DNA from: Lingula anatina
Taxonomy: Eukaryota > Animalia > Brachiopoda
Length of the DNA: 64,000 nucleotides
Assembly (NCBI GenBank): GCA_051362555.1
Contig: CM120641.1
Coordinates: 11,098,001 to 11,162,000, forward strand
Direction of reading: 5' to 3'
Positions 1 to 12,400 of the stretch are shown here, piece after piece. The translations under genes and the position numbers were made by a program. Below the pieces are notes generated by a model, which was not told where the DNA came from, did no database searches, and saw only the letters and a program-made list of their open reading frames with translations. Positions within the stretch are counted from its first letter, which is position 1. Each line of letters starts with the position of its first letter.

Positions 1-152
1 TTTTCATAAAACCCTGTCACCCCGTCGTTATAACCTATGGTAGCAAACATGTGCCCGTTTTCCGGGTCTGAGTACATGGCACCCTGTCCGTAGTTAAAAA
101 TGGCGTAAGATTGGGTGCCGTTGGTGACCAGAACTAATTGATAGCTGTTATT
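1..152 (-). CDS. NIDO core exon (runs off window): NNSYQLVLVTNGTQSYAIFNYGQGAMYSDPENGHMFATIGYNDGVTGFYE…
   Basis: Acceptor ttttcatttccAG at 154-153, phase 0. Closely matches the NIDO core motif NTFQxVLxTDGxxSFAIFNY…AxxGFNxG. Confidence 0.92.
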
Positions 153-600
153 CTGGAAATGAAAATACAATATGGCACTATGAAATATGAGATCACTGTA
201 AAATGAGTTATGGCGCTTTTTGTGACCAAATGATTGAAGGCAAACCATGGATTTCCAGCATAAACTAACGTGTCCAATCTAAAAATACATGTATATCACA
301 GCATGCCGGGTGTATATTTCTTACTGTCTTGCATGAGTAGATCTACGTTTTAATGTGATTAGATGCCTTGTCTTAAGAACTTTCAAGGTCGGTCAAAACT
401 TTAAGATAAATATTAATGTACCAAGCTAAATTAGTTATATTCCATTTAAACAATTTAACTCATTAAAGAAAGACGATGTCTTATGTTATAGATCAAAAGT
501 TACTTTATTTTAGTAATTTAGTACATATTTATTATAAACTCAAGTAGACGTCGGTAAATATTGAAGAGTTAATAGTGCAGCTGGGCCTGAAGTTAGTCAC
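153..600 (-). other. Spliceosomal intron (448 bp, GT-AG, phase 0)
   Basis: GTGACT…ttttcatttccAG with a clear polypyrimidine tract. Confidence 0.88.
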
Positions 601-754
601 CTGGTTCTGGTACCAAGTCGCTGGATAAGGGACCACCTGGTACCATGTAGAGACAAACACAAACGTTGAGGTGAAGTTTTCACTAATGAAGGCACCAATC
701 TCATCGTCCGCTCGCTGGAACGTGCTGATTGCAGTGGTACCGGTGTCTTGTGCC
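601..754 (-). CDS. NIDO-region exon (154 bp): (R)AQDTGTTAISTFQRADDEIGAFISENFTSTFVFVSTWYQVVPYPATWYQNQ
   Basis: Acceptor tcatttacAG at 756-755, donor CAG|GTGACT at 601/600; phase 2 in, phase 0 out. RAxxxI…F…FVxTWxxV is the conserved NIDO helix/strand pattern. The frame differs from the track's 597..821 ORF. Confidence 0.9.
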
Positions 755-1154
755 CTGTAAATGACGTAAAACGTTCAGTCTTATAGAAAGTAATTATTGT
801 TTTACAGTTTCTGCCAAACAATTAAATATTATAAATAAAATAAACAAATAAACGGACAAGAAATAAGAATATAAAAACATGCTCAGGAATGTTGGAATGT
901 CTATATATATAGAACGCTCACACATACTTTCATAATCAAGAGTACAAAAACACGTAATGCGGATAGTTAAAAGTAATGAATGCAGGAATTAACAAATCAA
1001 AAATTTGAAAAAATATAATGAATAAATAAATAATTGAATAAATAATGAAAAAATAATAAAATCGTTTTTTATATAAATATAGTTCGTTAAATAAATATAA
1101 TTTGTGTGTCAAACTAATAAACATCACTATCCCAACTGTATCATGTAAACCAAC
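755..1154 (-). other. Spliceosomal intron (400 bp, GT-AG, phase 2)
   Basis: GTTGGT…tttacAG; very AT-rich centre (1000-1100); join gives codon AG|G (Arg). Confidence 0.82.
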
Positions 1155-1315
1155 CTGTAATAAGCGTGATAGTAAACACGTGAGGAGGAATTCTCTGAAG
1201 GGTCTTCTTGGTCCATGGAATATGGTGCAATTATGTCATCTCCAATAAGTGGAAATTGGAAAGGGACACGTCCAGTATAGGGATGGTTGAACGATACGTA
1301 ACCATCAGCAGAGAC
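1155..1315 (-). CDS. NIDO-region exon (161 bp): VSADGYVSFNHPYTGRVPFQFPLIGDDIIAPYSMDQEDPSENSSSRVYYHAYY(R)
   Basis: Acceptor ccttAG at 1317-1316, donor AG|GTTGGT at 1155/1154; phase 0 in, phase 2 out. Motifs YVSxxGxxSF, FP, IAPxxxD and VYY correspond to NIDO-family YVxxNGxISF…IAPFWAD…VYYR. Confidence 0.9.
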
Positions 1316-1590
1316 CTAAGGTTACAGTAAATTTAGAGGTTATTGTTGAAGGTATTTTGTACCGCTAAGTTTAAGACATCTTAATGGACAGTTTGTTTGG
1401 TGGATAATACGAGTGAACTTAAAATCTTTATTTCTCATAGCTTATGCAGTAGAATTCAAAGTAATCACAGTAAACTTATCACAAATTTTACGATAAAAAA
1501 AGCAGTGACGGTGTTAAGAGTATGACAACATAAATCGAAAATAAGAATCGTTTGACAAAGTGGGATTCCTTTGTCCCAGGATATACTCAC
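1316..1590 (-). other. Spliceosomal intron (275 bp, GT-AG, phase 0)
   Basis: GTGAGT…ccttAG; join gives SIY|VSADG, continuing the NIDO motif YVSxxG. Confidence 0.88.
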
Positions 1591-1658
1591 ATATATACTA
1601 TTAAGTAGACGCCCTTGAAATGGAAAAGGGGTATCGGAACCGATGCAGAGGCTGCCAC
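1591..1658 (-). CDS. NIDO-region exon (68 bp): (G)GSLCIGSDTPFPFQGRLLNSIY
   Basis: Acceptor tttgatacAG at 1660-1659, donor GTGAGT at 1590. Phase 1 in (matches the giant exon donor), phase 0 out. PFPFxGxxxxSIY is the typical N-terminal strand region of NIDO proteins (tectorin/SUSD2/nidogen PFPFFG…Y). Confidence 0.88.
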
Positions 1659-2871
1659 CTGTATCAAATTAAATGATGATATTTTACAGAATAATTTCAT
1701 AAAACCAAGGAAGTTGACATCTGCTTCCTTGATAAACGAGGACAAATCTAGATTGAAAGCAACAGCTATGGACGATGAAGGGAGATGGGGTGGGGTTACT
1801 CAGTAAGAATGTTATGAGTATTTTTGTTTTTGACTGTTCTTTCTCGGCATGTAAAAATATAAAAAACTATATACCTTCAGAAAAAGAGTGAATGTTTCCT
1901 GCCCCTGTCAAACTTTGGATCTGATTTTAAAACTTTGTTTTGACGTTAACACGATGATAATTTGACATTTAGAGCCTGCTTTTTAAAGGGGTTTAGATAA
2001 ACTCAATTTCTCACTGAAATGTAAAAATGAATAGCGACAGAAGCAGATACAACCTAAGCAGAAAACGGGTCATGATAAACAAAGGGTATGATAAGCCTTT
2101 ATTATCCTCCAGATACCTAAAATGAGGTTTTCCTGCATCTAATTATTCAATAATGCATTTATTTTTGTGCTGATTAAAAACTTAGTCGTCAATTTAACGC
2201 CTTTCTATTTTGAGGTGGGATAGCAATCGGTATGGCGCGTGACTTCATCCCTAATTAAGAATTTATCACGAATTTTGGCAGAGTTGACCACAAGTGTATG
2301 GGCTACAATCCCGTGCCGTCATTTTAGTTTAAATGTTTTTGTTATGGAGTTTGGATCCCTTAATTACAAATTTCCATTAAGCAAAGGCATTATTTTGCTT
2401 TATCAACGATAAAACCTGAACTAGAACTTTTTAAAAATCGCTGACAGGTTTTGGAGTATTAAATAGTGTCATTAAATCAACTTTAAGAGGTGTTCGTGGG
2501 TGCTCAGGTAAAGGAGAAATTTGAGAAACCGATTGTTCAGTTTTTACCCCAAAATTGCAATTATATCTTCACCGTATGATGATATATGTGTAAATGATAA
2601 TTTAGTCACTGAACAATGAGGATTTATCTATAACCCAAAAGAATGTATGTAAGGCAGTGAATAAGGAGCCATAAAAGCATATAAAACTGAAACCAGTAAG
2701 AACGGAATACCCATCACTAGCATTAGTCCTATTATCCCCTGCAATTCTCAGCACTCATGCCCGTTTTGCCAGCTTTGTATTTTGTATAAAAAACATATAT
2801 GTAAAAAAAAAACAATTTATAGAGAAAAGATAGGGTAAAAGGTAATTTGTAGACATTAAATGCTCAATAAA

Positions 2872-2974
<103 letters not shown>

Positions 2975-3067
2975 GGTGATTAAAGCTCCTATTAGATTAT
3001 AACAACAAGTCTATGTACACTTATAGTGATTTTGATCAATTTGATCAGCAACATATTAAAGACAAAG

Positions 3068-3128
3068 GCACACTTTATCACACAATGTGCAGCACACTTT
3101 ATCACACAATGTGCAGCACACTTTATCA
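3068..3128. repeat. 24-bp tandem repeat, 2.5 copies (gcacactttatcacacaatgtgca)
   Basis: Exact copies at 3068-3091 and 3092-3115, partial copy 3116-3128. Confidence 0.93.
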
Positions 3129-3161
3129 AAACATTTTGATTAGTTTGAACATGTAATTACA

Positions 3162-3274
3162 CCACACCAAACACAGAACATTATAATGATTTTGCTATGC
3201 GTTTATATAACGAAAAAAAAAAAACGCTATTGTAATGTTATTGTTATGTTAGAAAACGTTCTGTGTTTGCTGGG
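3162..3274. mobile_element. Short palindromic, MITE-like element (degenerate)
   Basis: Perfect 12-bp inverted repeat caaacacagaac (3168-3179) / gttctgtgtttg (3258-3269), with further inner pairs (aacattataat/attgtaatgtt, gcgttt/aaacgc). No clear target-site duplication. Confidence 0.45.
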
Positions 3275-3396
3275 AATGTGCGCTTTTTACTCCACTTCAC
3301 AAGTTTTCTTCCAACTGTTGTGAAAAATCCAAACATATCTTGTAAATTAGTCATGTGAAGCATAAGCTATCAATACAGTCAACCTCACTGCTCTAT

Positions 3397-3402
3397 TTTA
3401 TT
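3397..3402 (-). promoter_or_regulatory. Candidate intronic polyadenylation signal AATAAA
   Basis: Minus strand reads TGA(3409-3407)-aatt-AATAAA, right after the in-frame read-through stop. It could be chance in an AT-rich intron. Confidence 0.3.
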
Positions 3403-3432
3403 AATTTCAAGGACTGTTCCAATAACACGTAC

Positions 3433-6400
3433 CTGATCCAATAGGGATTCCAATAGACACAGGTGCTTCCAAAAAGTAATCCCCTGCTGTAATTCCAAAT
3501 GGAAACATATTAAAAAATTCAGAAGTTGCAACTTCAGTGGTTAAATTGGATAAAAATGCAACAGTTGTAGTCTCTTGTGCAGTCACACCAGAGGCTTGTG
3601 TTGTAACATCTGCAGCTGCTGTGGTGCTTGCATCAGTAACAGCAGCTGTCTGTGCCTGTGTGGTTACATCAGCAGCAGCAGTAGTCTGGGCTTGAGTTGT
3701 TGCTGCCTGTGAAGTTACATCACCTGCCACAGTTGTAGTCTCTTGTGCAGTCACTCCAGAGGCTTCTGTTGTAACATCTGCAGCTGATGTGGTGCTTGCA
3801 TCAGTAACAGCAGCTGTCTGTGCCTTTGTGGTCACATCGGCAGCAGTAGTAGTCTGGGCTTGAGTTGTTGCTGCCTGTGAAGTTACATCACCTGCGACAG
3901 TTGTAGTCTCTTGTGCAGTCACACCAGAGGCTTGTGTTGTAACATCTGCAGCTGCTGTGGTGATTGCATCAGTAACAGCAACTGACTGTGCCTGTGTGGT
4001 TACATCGGCAGCAGCAGTAGTATGGGCTTGAGATGTTGCTGCCTGTGAAGTTACATCACCTGCGACAGTTGTAGTCTCTTGTGCAGTCATACCAGAGGCT
4101 TGTGTTGTAACATCTGCAGCTGCTGTGGTGCTTGCATCAGTAACAGCAGCTGTCTGTGCCTGTGTGGTTACATCGGCCGCAGCAGTAGTCTGGGCTTGAG
4201 TTGTTGCTGCCTGTGAAGTTACATCACCTGCGACAGTTGAAGTCTCTTGTGCAGTCACACCAGAGGCTTGTGTTGTAACATCTGCAGCTGCTGTGGTGCT
4301 TGCATCAGTAACAGCAGCTGTCTGTGCCTGTGTGGTTACATCGGCAGCAGCAGTAGTCTGGGCTTGAGTTGTTGCTGCCTGTGAAGTTACATCACCTGCG
4401 ACAGTTGTAGTCTCTTGTGCAGTCACACCAGAGGCTTGTGTTGTAACATCTGCAGCTGCTGTGGTGATTACATCAGTAACAGCAGCTGTCTGTGCCTGTG
4501 TGGTTACATCGGCAGCAGCAGTAGTCTGGGCTTGAGTTGTTGCTGCCTGTGAAGTTACATCACCTGCGACAGTTGTAGTCTCTTGTGCAGTCACACCAGA
4601 GGCTTGTGTTGTAACATCTGCAGCTGCTGTGGAGCTAGTATCAGTAACAGCAGCTGTCTGTGCCTGTGTGGTTACATCGGCAGCAGCAGTAGTCTGGGCT
4701 TGAGTTGTTGCTGCCTGTAAAGTTACATCACCTGCGACAGTTGTAGTCTCTTGTGCAGTCACACCAGAGGCTTGTGTTGTAACATCTGCAGCTGCTGTGG
4801 TGCTTGCATCAGTAACAGCAGCTGTCTGTGCCTGTGTGGTTACATCGGCAGCAGCAGTTGTCTGGGCTTGAGTTGTTGCTGCCTGTGAAGTTACATCACC
4901 TGCGACAGTTGTAGTCTCTTGTGCAGTCACACCAGAGGCTTGTGTTGTAACATCTGCAGCTGCTGTGGTGCTTGCATCAGTAACAGCAGCTGTCTGTGCC
5001 TGTGTGGTTACATCAGCAGCAGCAGTAGTCTGGGCTTGAGTTGTTGCTGCCTCTGAAGTTACATCACCTACGACAGTTGTAGTCTCTTGTGCAGTCACAG
5101 CAGAGGCTTGTGTTGTAACATCTGCAGCTGCTGTGGAGCTAGCATCAGTAACAGCAGCTGTCTGTGCCTGTGTGGTTACATCGGCAGCAGCAGCAGTAGT
5201 CTGGGCTTGAGTTGTTGCTGCCTGTGAAGTTACATCACCTGCGACAGTTGTAGTCTCTTGTGCAGTCACACCAGAGGCTTGTGTTGTAACATCTGCAGCT
5301 GCTGTGGTGCTTGCATCAGTAACAGCAGCTGTCTGTGCCTGTGTGGTTACATCGGCAGCAGCAGTTGTCTGGGCTTGAGTTGTTGCTGCCTGTGAAGTTA
5401 CATCACCTGCGACAGTTGTAGTCTCTTGTGCAGTCACACCAGAGGCTTGTGTTGTAACATCTGCAGCTGCTGTGGTGATTACATCAGTAACAGCAGCTGT
5501 CTGTGCCTGTGTGGTTACATCGGCAGCAGCAGTAGTCTGGGCTTGAGTTGTTGCTGCCTGTGAAGTTACATCACCTGCGACAGTTGTAGTCTCTTGTGCA
5601 GTCACACGAGAGGCTTGTGTTGTAACATCTGCAGCTGCTGTGGTGCTTGCATCAGTAACAGCAGCTGTCTGTGCATGTGTGGTTACATCGGCAGCAGCAG
5701 TAGTCTGGGCTTGAGTTGTTGCTGCCTGTGAAGTTACATCACCTGCGACAGTTGTAGTCTCTTGTGCAGTCACACCAGAGGCTTGTGTTGTAAGATCTGC
5801 AGCTGCTGTGGTGCTTGCATCAGTAACAGCAGCTGTCTGTGCCTGTGTGGTTACATCAGCAGCAGCAGTAGTCTGGGCTTCATTTGTTGCTGCCTGTGAA
5901 GTTACATCACCTGCGACAGTTGTAGTCTCTTGTGCAGTCACACCAGAGGCTTGTGTTGTAACATCTGCAGCTGCTGTGGAGCTAGTATCAGTAACAGCAG
6001 CTGTCTGTGCCTGTGTGGTTACATCGGCAGCAGCAGTAGTCTGGGCTTGAGTTGTTGCTGCCTGTGAAGTTACATCACCTGCGACAGTTGTAGTCTCTTG
6101 TGCAGTCACAGCAGAGGCTTGTGTTGTAACATCTGCAGCTGCTGTGGGGCTAGCATCAGTAACAGCAGCTGTCTGTGCCTGTGTGGTTACATCGGCAGCA
6201 GCAGTTGTCTGGGCTTGAGTTGTTGCTGCCTGTGAAGTTACATCACCTGCGACAGTTGTAGTCTCTTGTGCAGTCACACCAGAGGCTTGTGTTGTAACAT
6301 CTGCAGCTGCTGTGGTGCTTGCATCAGTAACAGCAGCTGTCTGTGCATGTGTGGTTACATCGGCAGCAGCAGTAGTCTGGGCTTGAGTTGTTGCTGCCTG

Positions 6401-9400
6401 TGAAGTTACATCACCTGCGACAGTTGTAGTCTCTTGTGCAGTCACACCAGAGGCTTGTGTTGTAAGATCTGCAGCTGCTGTGGTGCTTGCATCAGTAACA
6501 GCAGCTGTCTGTGCCTGTGTGGTTACATCAGCAGCAGCAGTAGTCTGGGCTTCATTTGTTGCTGCCTGTGAAGTTACATCACCTGCGACAGTTGTAGTCT
6601 CTTGTGCAGTCACACCAGAGGCTTGTGTTGTAACATCTGCAGCTGCTGTGGAGCTAGTATCAGTAACAGCAGCTGTCTGTGCCTGTGTGGTTACATCGGC
6701 AGCAGCAGTAGTCTGGGCTTGAGTTGTTGTTGCCTGTGAAGTTACATCACCTGCGACAGTTGTAGTCTCTTGTGCAGTCACAGCAGAGGCTTGTGTTGTA
6801 ACATCTGCAGCTGCTGTGGGGCTAGCATCAGTAACAGCAGCTGTCTGTGCCTGTGTGGTTACATCGGCAGCAGCAGTTGTCTGGGCTTGAGTTGTTGCTG
6901 CCTGTGAAGTTACATCACCTGCGACAGTTGTAGTCTCTTGTGCAGTCACACCAGAGGCTTGTGTTGTAACATCTGCAGCTGCTGTGGTGCTTGCATCAGT
7001 AACAGCAGCTGTCTGTGCCTGTGTGGTTACATCGGCAGCAGCAGTAGTCTGGGCTTGAGTTGTTGCTGCCTGTGAAGTTACATCACCTGCGACAGTTGAA
7101 GTCTCTTGTGCAGTCACACCAGAGGCTTGTGTTGTAACATCTGCAGCTGCTGTGGTGCTTGCATCAGTAACAGCAGCTGTCTGTGCCTGTGTGGTTACAT
7201 CGGCAGCAGCAGTAGTCTGGGCTTGAGTTGTTGCTGCCTGTGAAGTTACATCACCTGTGACAGTTGTAGTCTCTTGTGCAGTCACACCAGAGGCTTGTGT
7301 TGTAACATCTGCAGCTGCTGTGGTGCTTGCATCAGTAACAGCAGCTGTCTGTGCCTGTGTGGTTACATCGGCAGCAGTAGACTGGGCTTGAGTTGTTGCT
7401 GCCTGTGAAGTTACATCACCTGCGACAGTTGAAGTCTCTTGTGCAGTCACACCAGAGGCTTGTGTTGTAACATCTGCAGCTGCTGTGGTGCTTGCATCAG
7501 TAACAGCAGCTGTCTGTGCCTGTGTGGTTACATCGGCAGCAGCAGTAGTCTGGGCTTGAGTTGTTGCTGCCTGTGAAGTTACATCACCTGCGACAGTTGT
7601 AGTCTCTTGTGAAGTCACACCAGAGGCTTGTGTTGTTACATCTGCAGCTGCTGTGGTGCTTGCATCAGTAACAGCAGCTGTCTGTGCCTGTGTGGTTACA
7701 TCGGCAGCAGCAGTAGTCTGGGCTTGAGTTGTTGCTGCCTGTGAAGTTACATCACCTGCGACAGTTGTAGTCTCTTGTGCAGTCACAGCAGAGGCTTGTG
7801 TTGTAACATCTGCAGCTGCTGTGGAGCTAGCATCAGTAACAGCAGCTGTCTGTGCCTGTGTGGTTACATCGGCAGCAGCAGTAGTCTGGGCTTGAGTTGT
7901 TGCTGCCTGTGAAGTTACATCACCTGCGACAGTTGTAGTCTCTTGTGCAGTCACACCAGAGGCTTGTGTTGTAACATCTGCAGCTGCTGTGGTGCTTGCA
8001 TCAGTAACAGCAGCTGTCTGTGCCTGTGTGGTTACATCGGCAGCAGCAGTTGTCTGGGCTTGAGTTGTTGCTGCCTGTGAAGTTACATCACCTGCGACAG
8101 TTGTAGTCTCTTGTGAAGTCACACCAGAGGCTTGTGTTGTTACATCTGCAGCTGCTGTGGTGCTTGCATCAGTAACAGCAGCTGTCTGTGCCTGTGTGGT
8201 TACATCGGCAGCAGCAGTAGTCTGGGCTTGAGTTGTTGCTGCCTGTGAAGTTACATCACCTGCGACAGTTGTAGTCTCTTGTGCAGTCACACGAGAGGCT
8301 TGTGTTGTAACATCTGCAGCTGCTGTGGTGCTTGCATCAGTAACAGCAGCTGTCTGTGCATGTGTGGTTACATCGGCAGCAGCAGTAGTCTGGGCTTGAG
8401 TTGTTGCTGCCTGTGAAGTTACATCACCTGCAACAGTTGTAGTCTCTTGTGCAGTCATACCAGAGGCTTGTGTTGTAACATCTGCAGCTGCTGTGGTGCT
8501 TGCATCAGTAACAGCAGCTGTCTGTGCCTGTGTGGTTACATCGGCCGCAGCAGTAGTCTGGGCTTGAGTTGTTGCTGCCTGTGAAGTTACATCACCTGCG
8601 ACAGTTGAAGTCTCTTGTGCAGTCACACCAGAGGCTTGTGTTGTAACATCTGCAGCTGCTGTGGTGCTTGCATCAGTAACAGCAGCTGTCTGTGCCTGTG
8701 TGGTTACATCGGCAGCAGCAGTAGTCTGGGCTTGAGTTGTTGCTGCCTGTGAAGTTACATCACCTGCGACAGTTGTAGTCTCTTGTGCAGTCACACCAGA
8801 GGCTTGTGTTGTAACATCTGCAGCTGCTGTGGTGATTGCATCAGTAACAGCAGCTGTCTGTGTCTGTGTGGTTACATCAGCAGCAGCAGTAGTCTGGGCT
8901 TGAGTTGTTGCTGCCTGTGAAGTTACATCACCTGCGACAGTTGTAGTCTCTTGTGCAGTCACACCAGAGGCTTGTGTTGTAACATCTGCAGCTGCTGTGG
9001 TGATTACATCAGTAACAGCAGCTGTCTGTGACTGTGTGGTTACATCGGCAGCAGCAGTAGTCTGGGCTTGAGTTGTTGCTGCCTGTGAAGTTACATCACC
9101 TGCGACAGTTGTAGTCTCTTGTGCAGTCACACCAGAGGCTTGTGTTGTAACATCTGCAGCTGCTGTGGTGCTTGCATCAGTAACAACAGCTGCCTTTGCC
9201 TGTGTGGTTACATCGGCTGCAGCAGTAGTCTGGGCTTGAGTTGTTGCTGCCTGTGAAGTTACATCACCTGCGACAGTTGTAGTCTCTTGTGCAGTCACAC
9301 CAGAGGCTTGTGTTGTAACATCTGCAGCTGCTGTGGTGCTTGCATCAGTAACAGCAGCTGTCTGTGCCTGTGTGGTTACATCGGCAGCAGCAGTAGTCTG

Positions 9401-12400
9401 GGCTTGAGTTGTTGCTGCCTGTGAAGTTACATCACCTGCGACAGTTGTAGTCTCTTGTGCAGTCACACGAGAGGCTTGTGTTGTAACATCTGCAGCTGCT
9501 GTGGTGCTTGCATCAGTAACAGCAGCTGTCTGTGCATGTGTGGTTACATCGGCAGCAGCAGTAGTCTGGGCTTGAGTTGTTGCTGCCTGTGAAGTTACAT
9601 CACCTGCGACAGTTGTAGTCTCTTGTGCAGTCACACCAGGGGCTTGTGTTGTAACAACTGCAGCTGCTGTGGTGCTTGCATCAGTAACAGCAGCTGTCTG
9701 TGCCTGTGTGGTTACATCGGCAGCAGCAGTAGTCTGGGCTTGAATTGTTGCTGCCTGTGAAGTTACATCACCTGCGACAGTTGTAGTCTCTTGTGCAGTC
9801 ACACCAGAGGCTTGTGTTGTAAGATCTGCAGCTGCTGTGGTGCTTGCATCAGTAACAGCAGCTGTCTGTGCCTGTGTGGTTACATCAGCAGCAGCAGTAG
9901 TCTGGGCTTCATTTGTTGCTGCCTGTGAAGTTACATCACCTGCGACAGTTGTAGTCTCTTGTGCAGTCACACCAGAGGCTTGTGTTGTAACATCTGCAGC
10001 TGCTGTGGAGCTAGCATCAGTAACAGCAGCTGTCTGTGCCTGTGTGGTTACATCGGCAGCAGCAGTTGTCTGGGCTTGAGTTGTTGCTGCCTGTGAAGTT
10101 ACATCACCTGCGACAGTTGTAGTCTCTTGTGCAGTCACACCAGAGGCTTGTGTTGTAACATCTGCAGCTGCTGTGGTGCTTGCATCAGTAACAGCAGCTG
10201 TCTGTGCCTGTGTGGTTACATCGGCAGCAGCAGTAGTCTGGGCTTGAGTTGTTGCTGCCTGTGAAGTTACATCACCTGCGACAGTTGTAGTCTCTTGTGC
10301 AGTCACACCAGAGGCTTGTGTTGTAACATCTGCAGCTGCTGTGGTGCTTGCATCAGTAACAACGGCTGTCTGTGCCTGTGTGGTTACATCGGCTGCAGCA
10401 GTAGTCTGGGCTTGAGTTGTTGCTGCCTGTGAAGTTACATCACCTGCGACAGTTGTAGTCTCTTGTGCAGTCACACCAGAGGCTTGTGTTGTAACATCTG
10501 CAGCTGCTGTTGTGCTTGCATCAGTAACAACGGCTGTCTGTGCCTGTGTGGTTACATCGGCTGCAGCATTAGTCTGAGCTTGAGTTGTTGCTGCCTGTGA
10601 AGTTACATCACCTGCGACAGTTGTAGTCTCTTGTGCAGTCACACCAGAGGCTTGTGTTGTAACATCTGCAGCTGCTGTGGTGCTTGCATCAGTAACAGCA
10701 GCTGTCTGTGCCTGTGTGGTTACATCGGCAGCAGTAGTCTGGGCTTGAGTTGTTGCTGCCTGTGAAGTTACATCACCTGCGACAGTTGTAGTCTCTTGTG
10801 CAGTTACACCAGAGGCTTGTGTTGTAACATCTGCAGCTGCTGTGGTGCTTGCATCAGTAACAGCAGCTGTCTGTGCCTGTGTGGTTACATCGGCAGCAGC
10901 AGTAGTCTGGGCTTGAGATGTTGGTGCCTGTGAAGTTACATCACCTGCGACAGTTGTAGTCTCTTGTGCAGTCACACCAGAGGCTTGTGTTGTAACATCT
11001 GCAGCTGCTGTGGTGCTTGCATCAGCAACAATGGCTGTCTGTGCCTGTGTGGTTACATCGGCTGCAACAGTAGTCTTGGCTTGAGTTGTTGCTGCCTGTG
11101 AAGTTACATCACCTGCGACAGTTGTAGTCTCTTGTGCAGTCACACCAGAGGCTTGTGTTGTAACATCTGCAGCTGCTGTGGTGCTTGCATCAGTAACAGC
11201 AGCTGTCTGTGCCTGTGTGGTTACATCGGCAGTAGCAGTAGTCTGGGCTTGAGTTGTTGCTGCCTGAGAAATTACATCACCTGCGACAGTTGAAGTCTCT
11301 TGTGCAGTCACACCAGAGGCTTGTGTTGTAACATCTGCAGCTGCTGTGGTGCTTGCATCAGTAACAGGAGCTGTCTGTGCCTGTGTGGTTACATCGGCAG
11401 CAGCAGTAGTCTGGGCTTGAGTTGTTGCTGCCTGTGAAGTTACATCACCTGCGACAGTTGTAGTTTCTTGTGCAGTTACACCAGAGGCTTGTGTTGTAAC
11501 ATCTGCAGCTGCTGTGGTGCTTGCATCAGTAACAGCAGCTGTCTGTGCCTGTGTGGTTACATCGGTAGCAGCAGTAGTCTGGGCTTGAGATGTTGGTGCC
11601 TGTGAAGTTACATCACCTGCGACAGTTGTAGTCTCTTGTGCAGTCACACCAGAGGCTTGTGTTGTAACATCTGCAGCTGCTGTGGTGCTTGCATCAGTAA
11701 CAACGGCTGTCTGTGCCTGTGTGGTTACATCGGCTGCAGCAGTAGTCTGGGCTTGAGTTGTTGCTGCCTGTGAAGTTACATCACCTGCGACAGTTGTAGT
11801 CTCTTGTGCAGTCACACCATAGGCTTGTGTTGTAACATCTGCAGCTGCTGTGGTGCTTGCATCAGTAACAGCAGCTGTCTGTGCCTGTGTGGTTACATCG
11901 GCAGCAGCAGTAGTCTGGGCTTGAGTTGTTGCTGCCTGTGAAGTTACATCACCTGCGACAGTTGTAGTCTCTTGTGCAGTCACACCAGAGGCTTGTGTTG
12001 TAACATCGGCAGCAGCAGTAGTCTGGGCTTGAGTTGTTGCTGCCTGTGAAGTTACATCACCTGCGACAGTTGTAGTCTCTTGTGCAGTCACACCAGAGGC
12101 TGGTGTTGTAACATCTGCAGCTGCTGTGGTGCTTGCATCAGTAACAGCAGCTGTCTGTGCCTGTGTGGTTACATCAGCAGCAGCAGTAGTCTGGGCTTCA
12201 TTTGTTGCTGCCTGTGAAGTAACATCACCTGCGACAGTTGTAGTCTCTTGTGCAGTCACACCAGAGGCTTGTGTTGTAACATCTGCAGCTGCTGTGGAGC
12301 TAGTATCAGTAACAGCAGCTGTCTGTGCCTGTGTGGTTACATCGGCAGCAGCAGTAGTCTGGGCTTGAGTTGTTGCTGCCTGTGAAGTTACATCACCTGC

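Noticed and set aside
597-821. 74-aa minus-strand ORF
   Set aside because: Wrong frame over the real exon 754-601; the alternative frame gives NIDO motifs and phase-consistent splice sites.
936-1127. 63-aa hydrophobic F/I/Y-rich ORF that looks like a membrane peptide
   Set aside because: Translation of AT-rich low-complexity intron sequence.
1615-1806. 63-aa plus-strand ORF
   Set aside because: Antisense to exon 1658-1591 and intron, non-ATG start, no recognisable motif.
1980-2560. Possible transposon remnant in the large intron (weak inverted similarity ~2000/~2520; small palindrome 2088-2106)
   Set aside because: Matches are short and imperfect, with no TSD or coding remnant; cannot be supported without a repeat-library search.
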